DNA from: Eledone cirrhosa
Lineage: Eukaryota
Direction: 5' to 3'
NCBI GenBank assembly: GCA_964016885.1
Contig: OZ024744.1
Coordinates: 132,060,001 to 132,124,000, forward strand
Length of the DNA stretch: 64,000 bases
Numbering within the stretch: position 1 is the stretch's first letter; each line of letters opens with the position of its first letter. Below, in pieces: positions 10,861 through 23,234 of the stretch. Below the pieces are notes generated by a model. That model worked only from the letters and a program-made list of their open reading frames with translations, searched no databases and had not been told where the DNA came from. The position numbers were made by a program, and so were the translations under genes.

Positions 10861-12480
10861 AGGTTTGTCGAAAACCTTATATAATCATTTTTATTTAGGT
10901 TCTTCGAAACACCTTATATAATCAATTTTTTTAGGTTTTTCGAAAAACCTTATATAATCAATTTTTTAATACTTTTAGAAATATTTATATCTGATTTCAA
11001 ATATTGATTTTATTAGGTTTTTGGAATAATCAATTTTTTTTACGTTTTTCGAAAAATGTTATATAATCAATTTTTTTTAGGTTTTTCGAATCAATTCAAT
11101 TTTTATAATCAAATATTTTTAGGTTTTTAGAAAAACCTTATATAATCAAATTTTTTTAGGTTTTTCGAAAAACCTTATATAATTAATTTTTTTATACTTT
11201 TAGAAATATTTATATCTGATTTCAAATATTGGATTTTTTAGGTTTTTCGATAATCAATTTTTTTTAGATTTTTCGAAAAATCTTATATAATCAATTTTTT
11301 TACGTTTTTAGAAAGACCTTATATAATCAATTTTTTTATACTTTTAGAAATATTTATATCTGATTTCAAATATTGATTTTTTTTTTAGGTTTTTCGAAAT
11401 ACCTTATATAATCAATTTTTTTTAGGTTTTTCAAATTACTTTATATAATCAATTTTTTTTATCTGATTTCAAATATTGATTTTTTTAGCTTTTTCGACAA
11501 AATCTTATATAATCAATTTTTTTTAGGTTTTTCGAAAAAGAATGAATTTGAGTTCATAGTCGAAATATATACTTCTGCATTAATCTTTTTACGTTTTTTT
11601 GATTTTTTTTAAAAAAACGTAAAAAATTAATGCTTTTACAAATCTTTTGAAATATTTACTTTCTAGTTTCAAATTTTGCAGATTAAATTTTTCTCGAAAA
11701 ACCTAAAAAATCAGTTGTCGAAATCAGAAGTTAATATTTCGAAAAACGCAATTTGAAAAACTCATATTAATTTTTTTTCGAAAACATTATATAATCAATT
11801 TTTTAGAAATATTTATATCTGATTTCAAATATTGATTTTTTTAGGTTTTTCGAAAACCCTATATAATCAATTTTTTTGTACTTTTAGAAATATCTATATC
11901 TGATTTCATGTATTGATTTTTTTATATTTTTCGAAAAAGCTTAGATAATCAATTTTTTTAGGTCTTTCGAAAACCTTATATAATCAATTTTTTTTTAGGT
12001 TTTTCGAAAAAACCTTATATAATCAATTTTTTTTAGGTTTTTCAAATATTGATTTTTTTAGCTTTTTCGACAAAATCTTATATAATCAATTTTTTTTAGG
12101 TTTTTCGAAAAAGAATGAATTTGAGTTCATAGTCGAAATATATACTTCTGCATTAATCTTTTTACGTTTTTTTGATTTTTTTTAAAAAAAACGTAAAAAA
12201 TTAATGCTTTTACAAATCTTTTGAAATATTTACTTTCTAGTTTCAAATTTTGCAGATTAAATTTTTCTCGAAAAACCTAAAAAATCAGTTGTCGAAATCA
12301 GAAGTTAATATTTCGTAAAACGCAATTTGAAAAAACTCATATTAATTTTTTTTCGAAAACTTATTATATAATCAATTTTTTTATACTTTTAGAAATTTTT
12401 ATATCTGATTTCAAATATTGATTTTTTTAGGTTTTTCGAAAACCCTATATGATCAATTTTTTTTAGGTTTTTCAAAAAAG
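10861..12480. repeat. AT-rich island 1: ~35-bp palindromic minisatellite plus two ~230-bp cores
   Basis: Repeats of TTTTTTTAGGTTTTTCGAAAAACCTTATATAATCAA and GAAATATTTATATCTGATTTCAAATATTGA; cores starting GAATGAATTTGAGTTC at 11540 and 12113. Confidence 0.95.
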
Positions 12481-13185
12481 TTACGTTGGGGTTAAGTTAA
12501 GTTGGGGTTAAGTTGAGGTTAAGTTAAGTTGTGGTTAAGTTAAGTTGGGGCTAAGTTAAGTTGGGGCTAAGTTAAGTTGGGGTTAAGTTAAGTTGGGGTT
12601 AATTTAAGTTGGGGTTAGGTTAAGTTGGGGATAAGTTAAGTTGGGGATAAGTTAAGTTGGGGTTAAGTTGGGTTTAAGTTAAGCTGGGGTTAAGTTAAGT
12701 TGGGGTTAAATTAAGTTGGGGTTAAGTTAAGTTTGGGTTAGGTTAAGTTGGGGATAAGTTAAGTTGGGGATAAGTTAAGTTGGGGTTAAGTTAAGTTGGG
12801 TTTAAGTTAAGTTGGGGTTAAGTTAAGTTGGGGTTAAGTTAAGTTGGGGTTAAGTTAAGTTGCGGTTAGTTAAGTTGAGTTTAAGTTAAGTTGGGGTTAA
12901 TTTAAGTTGGGGTTAAGTTAAGTTGGGGTTCAGTTAAGTTGGGGTTAAGTCAAGTTGGGGTTAAGTTAAGTTGGGGTTAAGTTAAGTTGGTGTTAGGTTA
13001 AGTTGGGGATAATTTAAGTTGGGGATAAGCTAAGTTGGGGTTAAGTTAAGTTGGGTTTAAGTTAAGTTGGGGTTAAGTTAAGTTGGGGTTAAATTAAGTT
13101 GGGGTTAAGTTAAGCTGGGGTTAAATTAAGTTGGGGTTATGTTAAGTTGGGGTTAAGTTAAGTTGGGGTTAGTTTAAGTGGGGTT

Positions 13186-13530
13186 AACCCCAACTTAACT
13201 TAACCCCAACTTAACTTAACCCCAACTTCACTCAACCCCAACTTAAATTAACCCCAACTTCACTCAACCCCAACTTAACTCAACCCCAACTTAAATTAAC
13301 CCCAACTTAACTTAACCCTGACTTAACTTAACCCCGACTTAACTTAACCCCGACTTAACTTAACCCCAACTTAACTTAAACCCCAACTTAACTTAACCCC
13401 AACTTAACTTAACCCCAACTTGACTTAACCCCAACTTAACTCACACCCAACTTAACTTACCCCCAACTTAACTTAACCACAACTTGACGTAAACCCAACT
13501 TAACTTAACCCCAACTTAACTTAACCCCAA
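13186..13530 (-). repeat. Inverted 16-mer block, class A
   Basis: Preceded by AGTTTAAGTGGGGTT; contains CTTGACGTAAACCC; ends AAAGTCGGAGTTCAG. Confidence 0.95.
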
Positions 13531-14189
13531 AGTCGGAGTTCAGTTAAGTTGGGGTTCAGTTAAGTTAGGCTTAACTTAAGTTGGGGTTAAGTTAAGTTGG
13601 GGGTAAGTTAAGTTGGGGGAAAGTTAAGTTGGGGTTAAGTTAAGTTGGGGTTAAGTTGGGGTTAAGTTAAGTTAGGGTTAAGTTAAGTTGGGGTTGAGTT
13701 AAGTTGGGGTTAAGTTAAGTGGTGGTTATGTTAAGTTGGGGTTAAGTTAAGTTGGGGTTAAATTAAGTGGGGTTAACTTAAGTTGGGTGTAAGTTAAGTT
13801 GGGGTTGAGTGAAGTTGGGGTTAAGTTAAGTTGGGGTTAAGTTAAGTTAGGGTTAATTTAAGTTGGGGTTATGTTAAGTTGGTGTTAAGTTAAGTTGGGG
13901 TTAAGTCGAGTTGGGGTTAAGTTAAGTTGGGGTTAAGTTAAATTGGTGTTAAGTTAAGTTGGGGTTAAGTTAAGTTGGGGTTAGTTAAGTTGAGTTTAAG
14001 TTAAGTTGGGGTTAATTTAAGTTGGGGTTAAGTTAAGTTGGGGTTCAGTTAAGTTGGGGTTAAGTTAAGTTGGGGTTGAGTTAAGTTGTGGTTAAGTTAA
14101 GTTGGGGTTAGGTTAAGTTGGGGTTAAGTTAAGCTGGGGTTAAATTAAGTTGGGGTTAAGTTAAGTTGGGGTTAGGTTAAGTTGGGGTT

Positions 14190-14502
14190 AACCCCAACTT
14201 AACTTAACCCCAACTTAACTTAACCCCAACTTCACTCAACCCCAACTTAACTTAACCCCAACTTCACTCAACCCCAACTTAACTTAACCCCAACTTCACT
14301 CAACCCCAACTTCACTCAACCCCAACTTAACTTAACCCTAACTTAACTTAACCCCGACTTAAACTTAACCCCGACTTAACTTAACCCCAACTTACCTTAA
14401 CCCCAACTTAACTTAACCCCAACTTAACTTAATCCCAACTTGACTTAACCCCAACTTAACTCACACCCAACTTAACTTACCCCCAACTTAACTTAACCCC
14501 AA
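14190..14502 (-). repeat. Inverted 16-mer block, class B
   Basis: Contains CCGACTTAAACTT; ends AAAGTCGGAGTTAAG. Confidence 0.95.
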
Positions 14503-17500
14503 AGTCGGAGTTAAGTTAAGTTGGGGTTAAGTTAAGTTAGGCTTAACTTAAGTTGGGGTTAAGTTAAGTTGGGGGTAAGTTAAGTTGGGGGTAAGTTAAG
14601 TTGGGGTTAAGTTAAGTTGGGGTTAAGATAAGTGGTGGTTATGTTAAGTTGAGGTTAAGTTAAGTTAGGGTCAAATTAAGTTGGGGTTAAGTTAAGTTGG
14701 GTGTAAGTTAAGTTGGGGTTGAGTGAAGTTGGGGTTAAGTTAAGTTGGGGTTAAGTAGAGTTGGGGTTAAGTTAAGTTGGGGTTAAGTTAAGTTGGTGTT
14801 AAGTTGGGGTTAAGTTAAGTTGGGGTTAAGTTGGGGTTAAGTTAAGTGGTGGTTATGTTAAGTTGGGGTTAACTTAAGTTGGGGTTAATTTAAATTGGGG
14901 TTAAGTTAACTTTGTGGTTAAGTTAAGTTGGGGTTAAGTTAAGTTGGGGTTAAATTAAGTTGGGGTTGAGTGAAGTTGGGGTTAAGTTAAGTTGGGGTTA
15001 AGTTAAGTTGGGGTTAACTTAAGTTGGGTTTAAGTTAAGTTGCGGTTAAGTTAAGTTCGGGTTAAGTTAAGTTGGGGTTAAGTTAAGTCGGGGTTAATTT
15101 AAGTTGGGGTTGAGTTAAGTTGGGGTTAATTTAAGTTGAGGTTATGTTAAGTTGGGGTTAATTTAAGTTGGGGTTAAGTTAAGTTGGGGTTAAGTTAAGT
15201 TGGGTTTAATTTAAGTTGGGATTAAGTTCAGTTGGGGTTAAATTAAGTTGGGGTTAAGTTAAGCTGGGGTTAAATTAAGTTGGGGTTAAGTTAAGTTGGG
15301 GTTAAGTTAAGTTGGGGTTAAGTTAAGTTAGGGTTAATTTAAGTTGGGGTTATGTTAAGTTGGGGTTAAGTTAAGTTGGGGTTAAGTCGAGTTGGGGTTA
15401 AGTTAAGTTGGGGTTAGTTAAGTTGAGTTTAAGTTAAGTTGGGGTTAATTTAAGTTGGGGTTAAGTTAAGTTGGGGTTCAGTTAAGTTGGGGTTAAGTTA
15501 AGTTGGGGTTAAGTTAAGTTGGTTTAAGTTAAGTTGGGGTTAGGTTAAGTTGGGGATAAGTTAAGTTGGGGATAAGCTAAGTTGGGGTTAAGTTAAGTTG
15601 GGTTTAAGTTAAGTTGGGGTTAAGTTAAGTTAGGCTTAACTTAAGTTGGGGTTAAGTTAAGTTGGGGGTAAATTAAGTTGGGGGTAAGTTAAGTTGGGGT
15701 TAAGTTAAGTTGGGGTTAAGTTAAGTGGTGGTTATGTTAAGTTGGGGTTAAGTTAAGTTGGGGTTAAATTAAGTTGGGGTTAAGTTAAGTTGGGTGTAAG
15801 TTAAGTTGGGGTTGAGTGAAGTTGGGGTTAAGTTAAGTTGGGGTTAAGTTAAGTTAGGGTTAATTTAAGTTGGGGTTATGTTAAGTTGGGGTTAAGTTAA
15901 GTTGGGGTTAAGTAGAGTTGGGGTTAAGTTAAGTTGGGGTTAAGTTAAGTTGGTGTTAAGTTGGGGTTAAGTTAAGTTGGGGTTAAATTAAGTTGGGGTT
16001 GAGTGAAGTTGGGGTTAAGTTAAGTTGGGGTTAAGTTAAGTTGGGGTTAACTTAAGTTGGGTTTAAGTTAAGTTGCGGTTAAGTTAAGTTCGGGTTAAGT
16101 TAAGTTGGGGTTGAGTTAAGTTGGGGTTAATTTAAGTTGAGGTTATGTTAAGTTGGGGTTAATTTAAGTTGGGGTTAATTTAAGTTGGGGTTAAGTTAAG
16201 TTTGGGTTAGGTTAAGTTGGGGATTAGTTAAGTTGGGGATAAGTTAAGTTGGGGTTAAGTTAAGTTGGGTTTAAGTTAAGTTGTGGTTAAGTTAAGTTGG
16301 GTTTAATTTGAGTTGGGGTCAACTTAAGTTGGGGTTAAGTTGAGTTGGGGTTAAATTAAGTTGGGGTTAATTTAAGTTGGGGCTAAGTTAAGTTGGGGCT
16401 GAGTTAAGTTGGGGTTAAGTTAAGTTGGGGTTAAGTTAAGTTGGGTTTAATTTGAGTTGGGGTCAACTTAAGTTGGGGTTAAGTTGAGGTTAAGTTAAGT
16501 TGTGGTTAAGTTAAGTTGGGGCTAAGTTAAGTTGGGGCTAAGTTAAGTTGGGGCTAAGTTAAGTTGGGGTTAAGTTAAGTTGGGGTTAAGTTAAGTTGGG
16601 TTTAATTTGAGTTGGGGTCAACTTAAGTTGGGGTTAAGTTGAGTTGGGGTTAAATTAAGTTGGGGTTAATTTAAGTTGGGGCTAAGTTAAGTTGAGGCTG
16701 AGTTAAGTTGGGGTTAAGTTAAGTTGGGGTTAAGTTAAGTTGGGGTTAAGTTAAGTCGGGGTTAAGTTAAGTTGGGGTTGAGTTAAGTTGGGGTTAATTT
16801 AAGTTGAGGTTATGTTAAGTTGGGGTTAATTTAAGTTGGGGTTAATTTAAGTTGGGGTTAAGTTAAGTTGGGGTTAAGTTGAGGTTAAGTTAAGTTGTGG
16901 TTAAGTTAAGTTGGGGCTAAGTTAAGTTGGGGCTAAGTTAAGTTGGGGCTAAGTTAAGTTGGGGTTAAGTTAAGTTGGGGTTAAGTTAAGTTGGGTTTAA
17001 TTTAAGTTGGGGTCAACTTAAGTTGGGGTTAATTTGAGTTGGGGTTAAATTAAGTTGGGGTTAATTTAAGTTGGGGCTAAGTTAAGTTGGGGCTGAGTTA
17101 AGTTGGGGTTAAGTTAAGTTGGGGTTAAGTTAAGTTGGGGTTAAGTTAATTTTGGGTTAAGTTAAGTTGTGGTTCAGTTAAGTTGGGGTTAAGTTAAGTT
17201 TGGGTTAATTTGGGGTTAAATTAAGTTGGGGTTAAGTTAAGTTGGGGTTAAGTTAAGTTGGGGTTAAGTTAAGTTGGGGTTAATTTAAGTTGGGGTTAAG
17301 TTAAGTCGGGGTTAAGTTAAGTCGGTGTTAAGTTAAGTTAGGGTTAAGTTAAGTTGGGGTTAAGTTAAGTTGGCTTTAAGTTAAGCTGGGGTTAAGTTAA
17401 GTTGGGGTTAAATTAAGTTTTGGTTAAGTTAAGTTGGGGTTAGGTTAAGTTTGGGTTAGGTTAAGTTGGGGTTAAATTAAGTTGGGGTTAAGTTAAGTTG

Positions 17501-18097
17501 GGGTTAAGTTAAGTTGGGGTTAGGTTAAGTTGGGGATAAGTTAAGTTGGGGATAATTTAAGTTGGGGTTAAGTTAAGTTGGGTTTAAGTTAAGCTGGGGT
17601 TAAGTTAAGTTGGGGTTAAATTAAGTTGGGGTTAAGTTAAGTTGGGGTTAAGTTAAGTTTGGGTTAGGTTAAGTTGGGGATTAGTTAAGTTGGGGATAAG
17701 TTAAGTTGGGGTTAAGTTAAGTTGGGTTTAAGTTAAGTTGTGGTTAAGTTAAGTTGGGGTTAAGTTAAGTTGGGGGTTAAGTTAAGTTGGGGTTAGTTAA
17801 GTTTAGTTTAAGTTAAGTTGGGGTTAATTTAAGTTGGGGTTAAGTTAAGTTGGGGTTCAGTTAAGTTGGGGATAAGTCAAGTTGGGGTTAAGTTAAGTTG
17901 GGGTTAAGTTAAGTTGGGGTTAGGTTAAGTTGGGGATAAGGTAAGTTGGGGATAAGCTAAGTTGGGGTTAAGTTAAGTTGGGTTTAAGTTAAGTTGGGGT
18001 TAAGTTAAGTTGGGGTTAAATTAAGTTGGAGATAAGTTAAGCTGGGGTTAAATTAAGTTGGGGTTAAGTTAAGTTGGGGTTAGGTTAAGTTGGGGTT

Positions 18098-18361
18098 AAC
18101 CCCAACTTAACTTAACCCCAACTTAACTTAGCCCCAACTTCACTCAACCCCAACTTAACTTAACCCCAACTTAAGTTAACCCCAACTTAACTTAACCCTA
18201 ACTTAACTTAACCCCGACTTAACTTAACCCCGACTTAACTTAACCCCAACTTGACTTAACCCCAACTTAACTTAACCCCAACTTAACTTAATCCCAACTT
18301 GACTTAACCCCAACTTAACTCACACCCAACTTAACTTACTCCCAACTTAACTTAACCCCAA
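18098..18361 (-). repeat. Inverted 16-mer block, class C
   Basis: Contains CTTAGCCCC; ends AAAATCGGAGTTACG. Confidence 0.95.
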
Positions 18362-21300
18362 AATCGGAGTTACGTTAAGTTGGGGTTAAGTTAAGTTAGG
18401 CTTAACTTAAGTTGGGCTTAAGTTAAGTTGGGGGTAAGTTAAGTTGGGGGTAAGTTAAGTTGGGGTTAATTTAAGTTGGGGTTAAGTTAAGTGGTGGTTA
18501 TGTTAAGTTGGGGTTAAGTTAAGTTGGGGTTAAATTAAGTTGGGGTTAAGTTAAGTTGGGTGTAAGTTAAGTTGGGGTTGAGTGAAGTTGGGGTTAAGTT
18601 AAGTTGGGGTTAAGTAGAGTTGGGGTTAAGTTAATTGGGGTTAAGTTAAGTTGGTGTTAAGTTGGGGTTAAGTTAAGTTGGGGTTAAGTTGGGGTTAAGT
18701 TAAGTGGTGGTTATGTTAAGTTGGGGTTAACTTAAGTTGGGGTTAATTTAAATTGGGGTTAAGTTAACTTTGTGGTTAAGTTAAGTTGGGGTTAAGTTAA
18801 GTTGGGGTTAAGTTAAGTTGGGGTTGAGGGAAGTTGGGGTTAAGTTAAGTTGGGGTTAACTTAAGTTGGGTTTAAGTTAAGTTGCGGTTAAGTTAAGTTG
18901 GGGTTAAGTTAAGTTGGGGTTAAGTTAAGTCGGGGTTAAGTTAAGTTGGGGTTGAGTTAAGTTGGGGTTAATTTAAGTTGAGGTTATGTTAAGTTGGGGT
19001 TAATTTAAGTTGGGGTTAAGTTAAGTTGGGGTTAAGTTAAGTTGGGGTTAATTTAAGTTGGGGTTAAGTTCAGTTGGGGTTAATTTAAGTTGGGGTTAAG
19101 TTAAGTTGGGTTTAAGTTAAGTTGGGGTTAAATTAAGTTGGGGTTAAATTAAGTTGGGGTTAAGTTAAGTTGGGGTTAGGTTAAGTTGGGGATAAGTTAA
19201 GTTGGGGATAAGCTAAGTTGGGGTTAAGTTAAGTTGGGTTTAAGTTAAGTTGGGGTTAAGTTAAGTCGGGGTTATGTTAAGTCGGTGTTAAGTTAAGTTA
19301 GGGTTAAGTTAAGTTGGGGTTAAGTTAAGTTGGGGTTGAGTTAAGTTGGGGTTGAGTTAAATTGGGGTTGAGTTAATTTGGGGTTAAGTTAAGTTGGGGT
19401 TAAGTTAAGTTGGGGTTGAGTTAAGTTGGGGTTACCTCAAGTTGGGGCTAAGTTAAGTTGGGGCTGAGTTAAGTTGGGTGTACGTTAAGTTGGGGTTGAC
19501 TGAAGTTGGGGTTAAGTTAAGTTGGGGTTAAGTTAAGTTAGGGTTAATTTAAGTTGGGGTTATGTTAAGTTGGGGTTAAGTTAAGTTGGGGTTAAGTAGA
19601 GTTGGGGTTAATTTAAGTTGGGGTTAAGTTAAGTTGGTGTTAAGTTGGGGTTAATTTAAGTGGTGGTTATGTTAAGTTGGGGTTAAGTTAAGTTGGGGTT
19701 AATTTAAATTGGGGTTAAGTTAACTTTGTGGTTAAGTTAAGTTGGAGTTAAGTTAAGTTGGAGTTAAGTTAAGTTGGGGTTGAGTGAAGTTGGGGTTAAG
19801 TTAAGTTGGGGTTAAGTTAAGTTGGGTTTGAGTTAAGTTGGGGTTAAGTTAAGTTGGGGTTTAATTAAGTTGGGGTTGAGTTAAGTTGGGGTTGACTTAA
19901 GTTGGGCTTAAGTTAAGTTGGGGTTAAGTTAAGATGTGGTTAAGTTAAGTTGGGGTTAAGTTAAATTGGGGTTAAATTAAGTTGGGGTTAAGTTAAGTTG
20001 GGGGTAAGGTAAGTTGGTGGTAAGTTAAGTTGGGGGTAAGTTAAGATGGGGCTAAGTTAAGTTGGGGTTAAGTTAATTTGGGGTTAAGTTAAGTTTGGGT
20101 TAAGTTAAGTTGGGGTTGACTTAAGTTGGGGTTAAGTTAAGTTGGGGTTATGTTAAGTTGGGTTTAAGTTAAGTTGGGGTTAAGTTAAGTTGGGGTTAAG
20201 TTAAGTTGCGGTTAAGTTAAGTTGGGGTTAAGTTAAGTTGGGGTTAAGTTAAGTTGGGGTTAAGTTAAGTTGGGGTTAAGTTAAGTTGGGGTTAATTTAA
20301 GTTGGGGTTAAATTAAGTTGGGGTTAATTTAAGTTGGGGGTTAAGATAAGTTGGGGTTAAGTTAAGTTGGGGTTAAATTAAGTTGGGGTTAAGTTAAGTT
20401 GGGGTTAATTTAAGTTGGGGTTAAGTTAAGTTGGGGTTGAGTTAAGTTGGGGGTAAGTTAAGTTAGGGGTAAGTTAAGTTGGGTGTAAGTTAAGATGGGG
20501 TTAAGTTAAGTTGGGGTTAAGTTATTTTGGGGTTAAGTTAAGTTGGGGGTAAGTTAAGTTGGTGATAAGTTAAGTTGGGGGTAAGTTAAGTTGGGGTTAA
20601 GTTAAGTTGGGTTAAGTTGGGGTTAAGTTAAGTTAGGGTTAAGTTAAGTTGGGGTTGAGTTAAGTTGGGGTTAAGTTAAGAGGTGGTTATGTTCAGTTGG
20701 GGTTAAGTTAAGTTGGGGTTAAGTTAAGTTGGGGTTAAGTTAAGTTGGGGTTAAGATAAGTTGGGGTTAAGTTAAGTTGGGGTTGAGTTAAGTTGGGGTC
20801 GAGTTAATTTGGGGTTAAGTTAAGTTGGGGTTAACTTAATTTGGGTTTAATTTAAGTTGGGGTTAAGTTAAGTTGGGGTTAAATTAAGTTGGGATTAAGT
20901 TAAGTTGGGTGTACGTTAAGTTGGGGTTGACTGAAGTTGGGGTTAAGTTAAGTTGGGGTTAAGTAGAGTTGGGGTTAATTTAAGTTGGGGTTAAGTTAAG
21001 TTGGTGTTAAGTTGGGGTTAAGTTAAGTTGGGGTTAAGTTGGGGTTAAGTTAAGTGGTGGTTATGTTAAGTTGGGGTTAAGTTAAGTTGGGGTTAATTTA
21101 AATTGGGGTTAAGTTAACTTTGTGGTTAAGTTAAGTTGGAGTTAAGTTAAGTTGGGGTTAAGTTAAGTTGGGGTTGAGTGAAGTTGGGGTTAATTTAAGT
21201 TGGGGTTCAGTTAAGTTGGGGTTAAGTTAAGTTGGGGTTGAGTTAAGTTGGGGTTAATTTAAGTTGAGGTTATTTTAAGTTGGGGTTAAGTTAAGTTGGG

Positions 21301-23234
21301 GTTAAGTTAAGTTGGGGTTAAGTTAAGTTGGGGTTAAGTTAAGTTGGGGTTAAGTTAAGTTGGGTTTAAGTTAAGTTGGGGTTAAATTAAGTTGGGGTTA
21401 AATTAAAGTGGGGTTAAGTTAAATTGGGGGTAAGTTAAGTTGGGGGCAAGTTAAGTTGGTGTTAAGTTAAGTTGGGGTTAAGTTAAGTTGGGGTTAAGTT
21501 AAGTTGGGTTTAAGTTAAGTTGGGACTAAGTTAAGTTAGGGCTAAGTTCAGTTGGGGTAAAGTTAAGTTGGGGCTAAGTTAAGTTGGGTATAAGTTGAGT
21601 TGGGGTTAAGTTAAGTTGGGGTTAAGTTAAGTTGGGGTTAAATTAAGTTGGGGTTAATTAAGTTGGGGTTAAGTTAAGTTGGGGTTAAGTTAAGTTGGGG
21701 TTAATTTAAGTTGGGGTTGTGTTAATTTGGGGTTAAGTTAAGTTGGGGTTATATTAAGTTGGGGTTAAGTTAAGTTGGGTTTAAGTTAAGTTGGGGTTAA
21801 GTTAAGTTGGGGTTAAGTTGAGTTAGGGTTAATTTAAGTTGGGGTTATGTTAAGTTGGGGTTAAGTTAAGTTGGGGTTAAGTAGAGTTGGGGTTAATTTA
21901 AGTTGGGGTTAAGTTAAGTTGGTGTTAAGTTGGGGTTAAGTTAAGTTGGGGTTAAGTTGGGGTTAAGTTGAGTGGTGGTTATGTTAAGTTGGGGTTAAGT
22001 TAAGTTGGGGTTAATTTAAATTGGGGTTAAGTTAACTTTGTGGTTAAGTTAAGTTGGAGTTAAGTTAAGTTGGGGTTAAGTTAAGTTGGGGTTGAGTTAA
22101 GTTGGGGTTAAATTAAGTTGGGGTTAAATTAAGGTGGGGTTAAGTTAAGTTGGGGGTAAGTTAAGTTGGGGGCAAGTTAAGTTGGTGTTAAGTTAAGTTG
22201 GGGTTAAGTTAAGTTGGGGTTAAGTTAAGTTGGGTTTAAGTTAAGTTGGGACTAAGTTAAGTTAGGGTTAAGTTAAGTTGGGGTTAAGTTAAGTTGGGGC
22301 TAAGTTAAGTTGGGTCTAAGTTGAGTTGGGGTTAAGTTAAGTTGGGGTTAAGTTAAGTTGGGGTTAAATTAAGTTGGGGTTAATTAAGTTGGGGTTAAGT
22401 TAAGTTGGGGTTAAGTTAAGTTGGGGTTAATTTAAGTTGGGGGTAAGTTAAGTTGGTGGTAAGTTAAGTTGGGGTTAAGTTAAGTTGGGGTTAATTTAAA
22501 TTGGGGTTAATTTAACTTTGTGGTTAAGTTAAGTTGGGGTTTATTTAAGTTGGGTTTAAGTTAAGTTGGGGTTGAGTTAAGTTGGGGTTGAGTGAAGTTG
22601 GGGTTAAGTTAAGTCGGGGTTAATTTAAGTTGGGGTTGAGTTAAGTCGGGGTTAATTCAAGTTGGGGCTAAGTTAATTTGTGGTTAAGTTAAGTTGGGGT
22701 TAAGTTAAGTTGGGGTTAAGTTAAGTTGGGGGTAAGTTAAGTTGGGGGCAAGTTAAGTTGGGGTTAAGTTAAGTTGCGGTTAATTTAAGTTGGGGTTAAG
22801 TTAAGTTGGGTTTAAGTTAAGTTGGGGTTCAGTTAAGTTGGGGTTTAGTTAAGTTGGGGTTAAGTTAAGTTGGGGTTGAGTTAAGTTGGGGTTTAATTAA
22901 GTTGGGGTTGAGTTAAGTTGGGGTTTAGTTAAGTGGGGGTTGAGTTAAGTTGGGGTTAAGCTAAGTTGGGGTTAAGTTAAATTGAGGTTAAGTTAACTTG
23001 GGTTTGAGTTAAGTTGGGGTTAAGTTAAGTTGGTGTTAAGTTCAGTTCAGGTTAAGTTAACTTGGGGTTAAGTTAAGTTGGGGTTGAGTTAAGTTGGGGT
23101 TGAGTTAAGTTGGGGTTAAGTTAAGTTGGGGTTAACTTAAGTTGGGGTTAAGTTAAGTTGGGGTTAATTTAAGTTGGGGTTCAGTTAAATTGAGGTTAAG
23201 ATAACTTGGGTTTGCGTTAAGATGGGGTTAAGTT

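Larger units (their letters stand above)
10861..23234 (+). repeat. Higher-order repeat unit (12,374 bp): island + inversions A, B, C + G tract
   Basis: Distance between identical island left junctions at 10861 and 23235. Confidence 0.9.
12481..23234 (+). repeat. 16-bp G-rich tandem satellite, block 2
   Basis: Same monomer; starts TTACGTTGGGG directly after AT island 1. Confidence 0.98.

Noticed and set aside
10895-10960. TATA boxes / heat-shock elements (TATATAA, TTCGAA) in islands
   Set aside because: Expected in such AT-rich repeats. TTCGAA lacks the TTCnnGAA spacing of an HSE, and there is no downstream gene.
10861-12480. CRISPR-like look of ~35-bp palindromic repeats
   Set aside because: Repeats are directly tandem with no unique spacers, vary in length through homopolymer runs, and there are no cas genes or leader.
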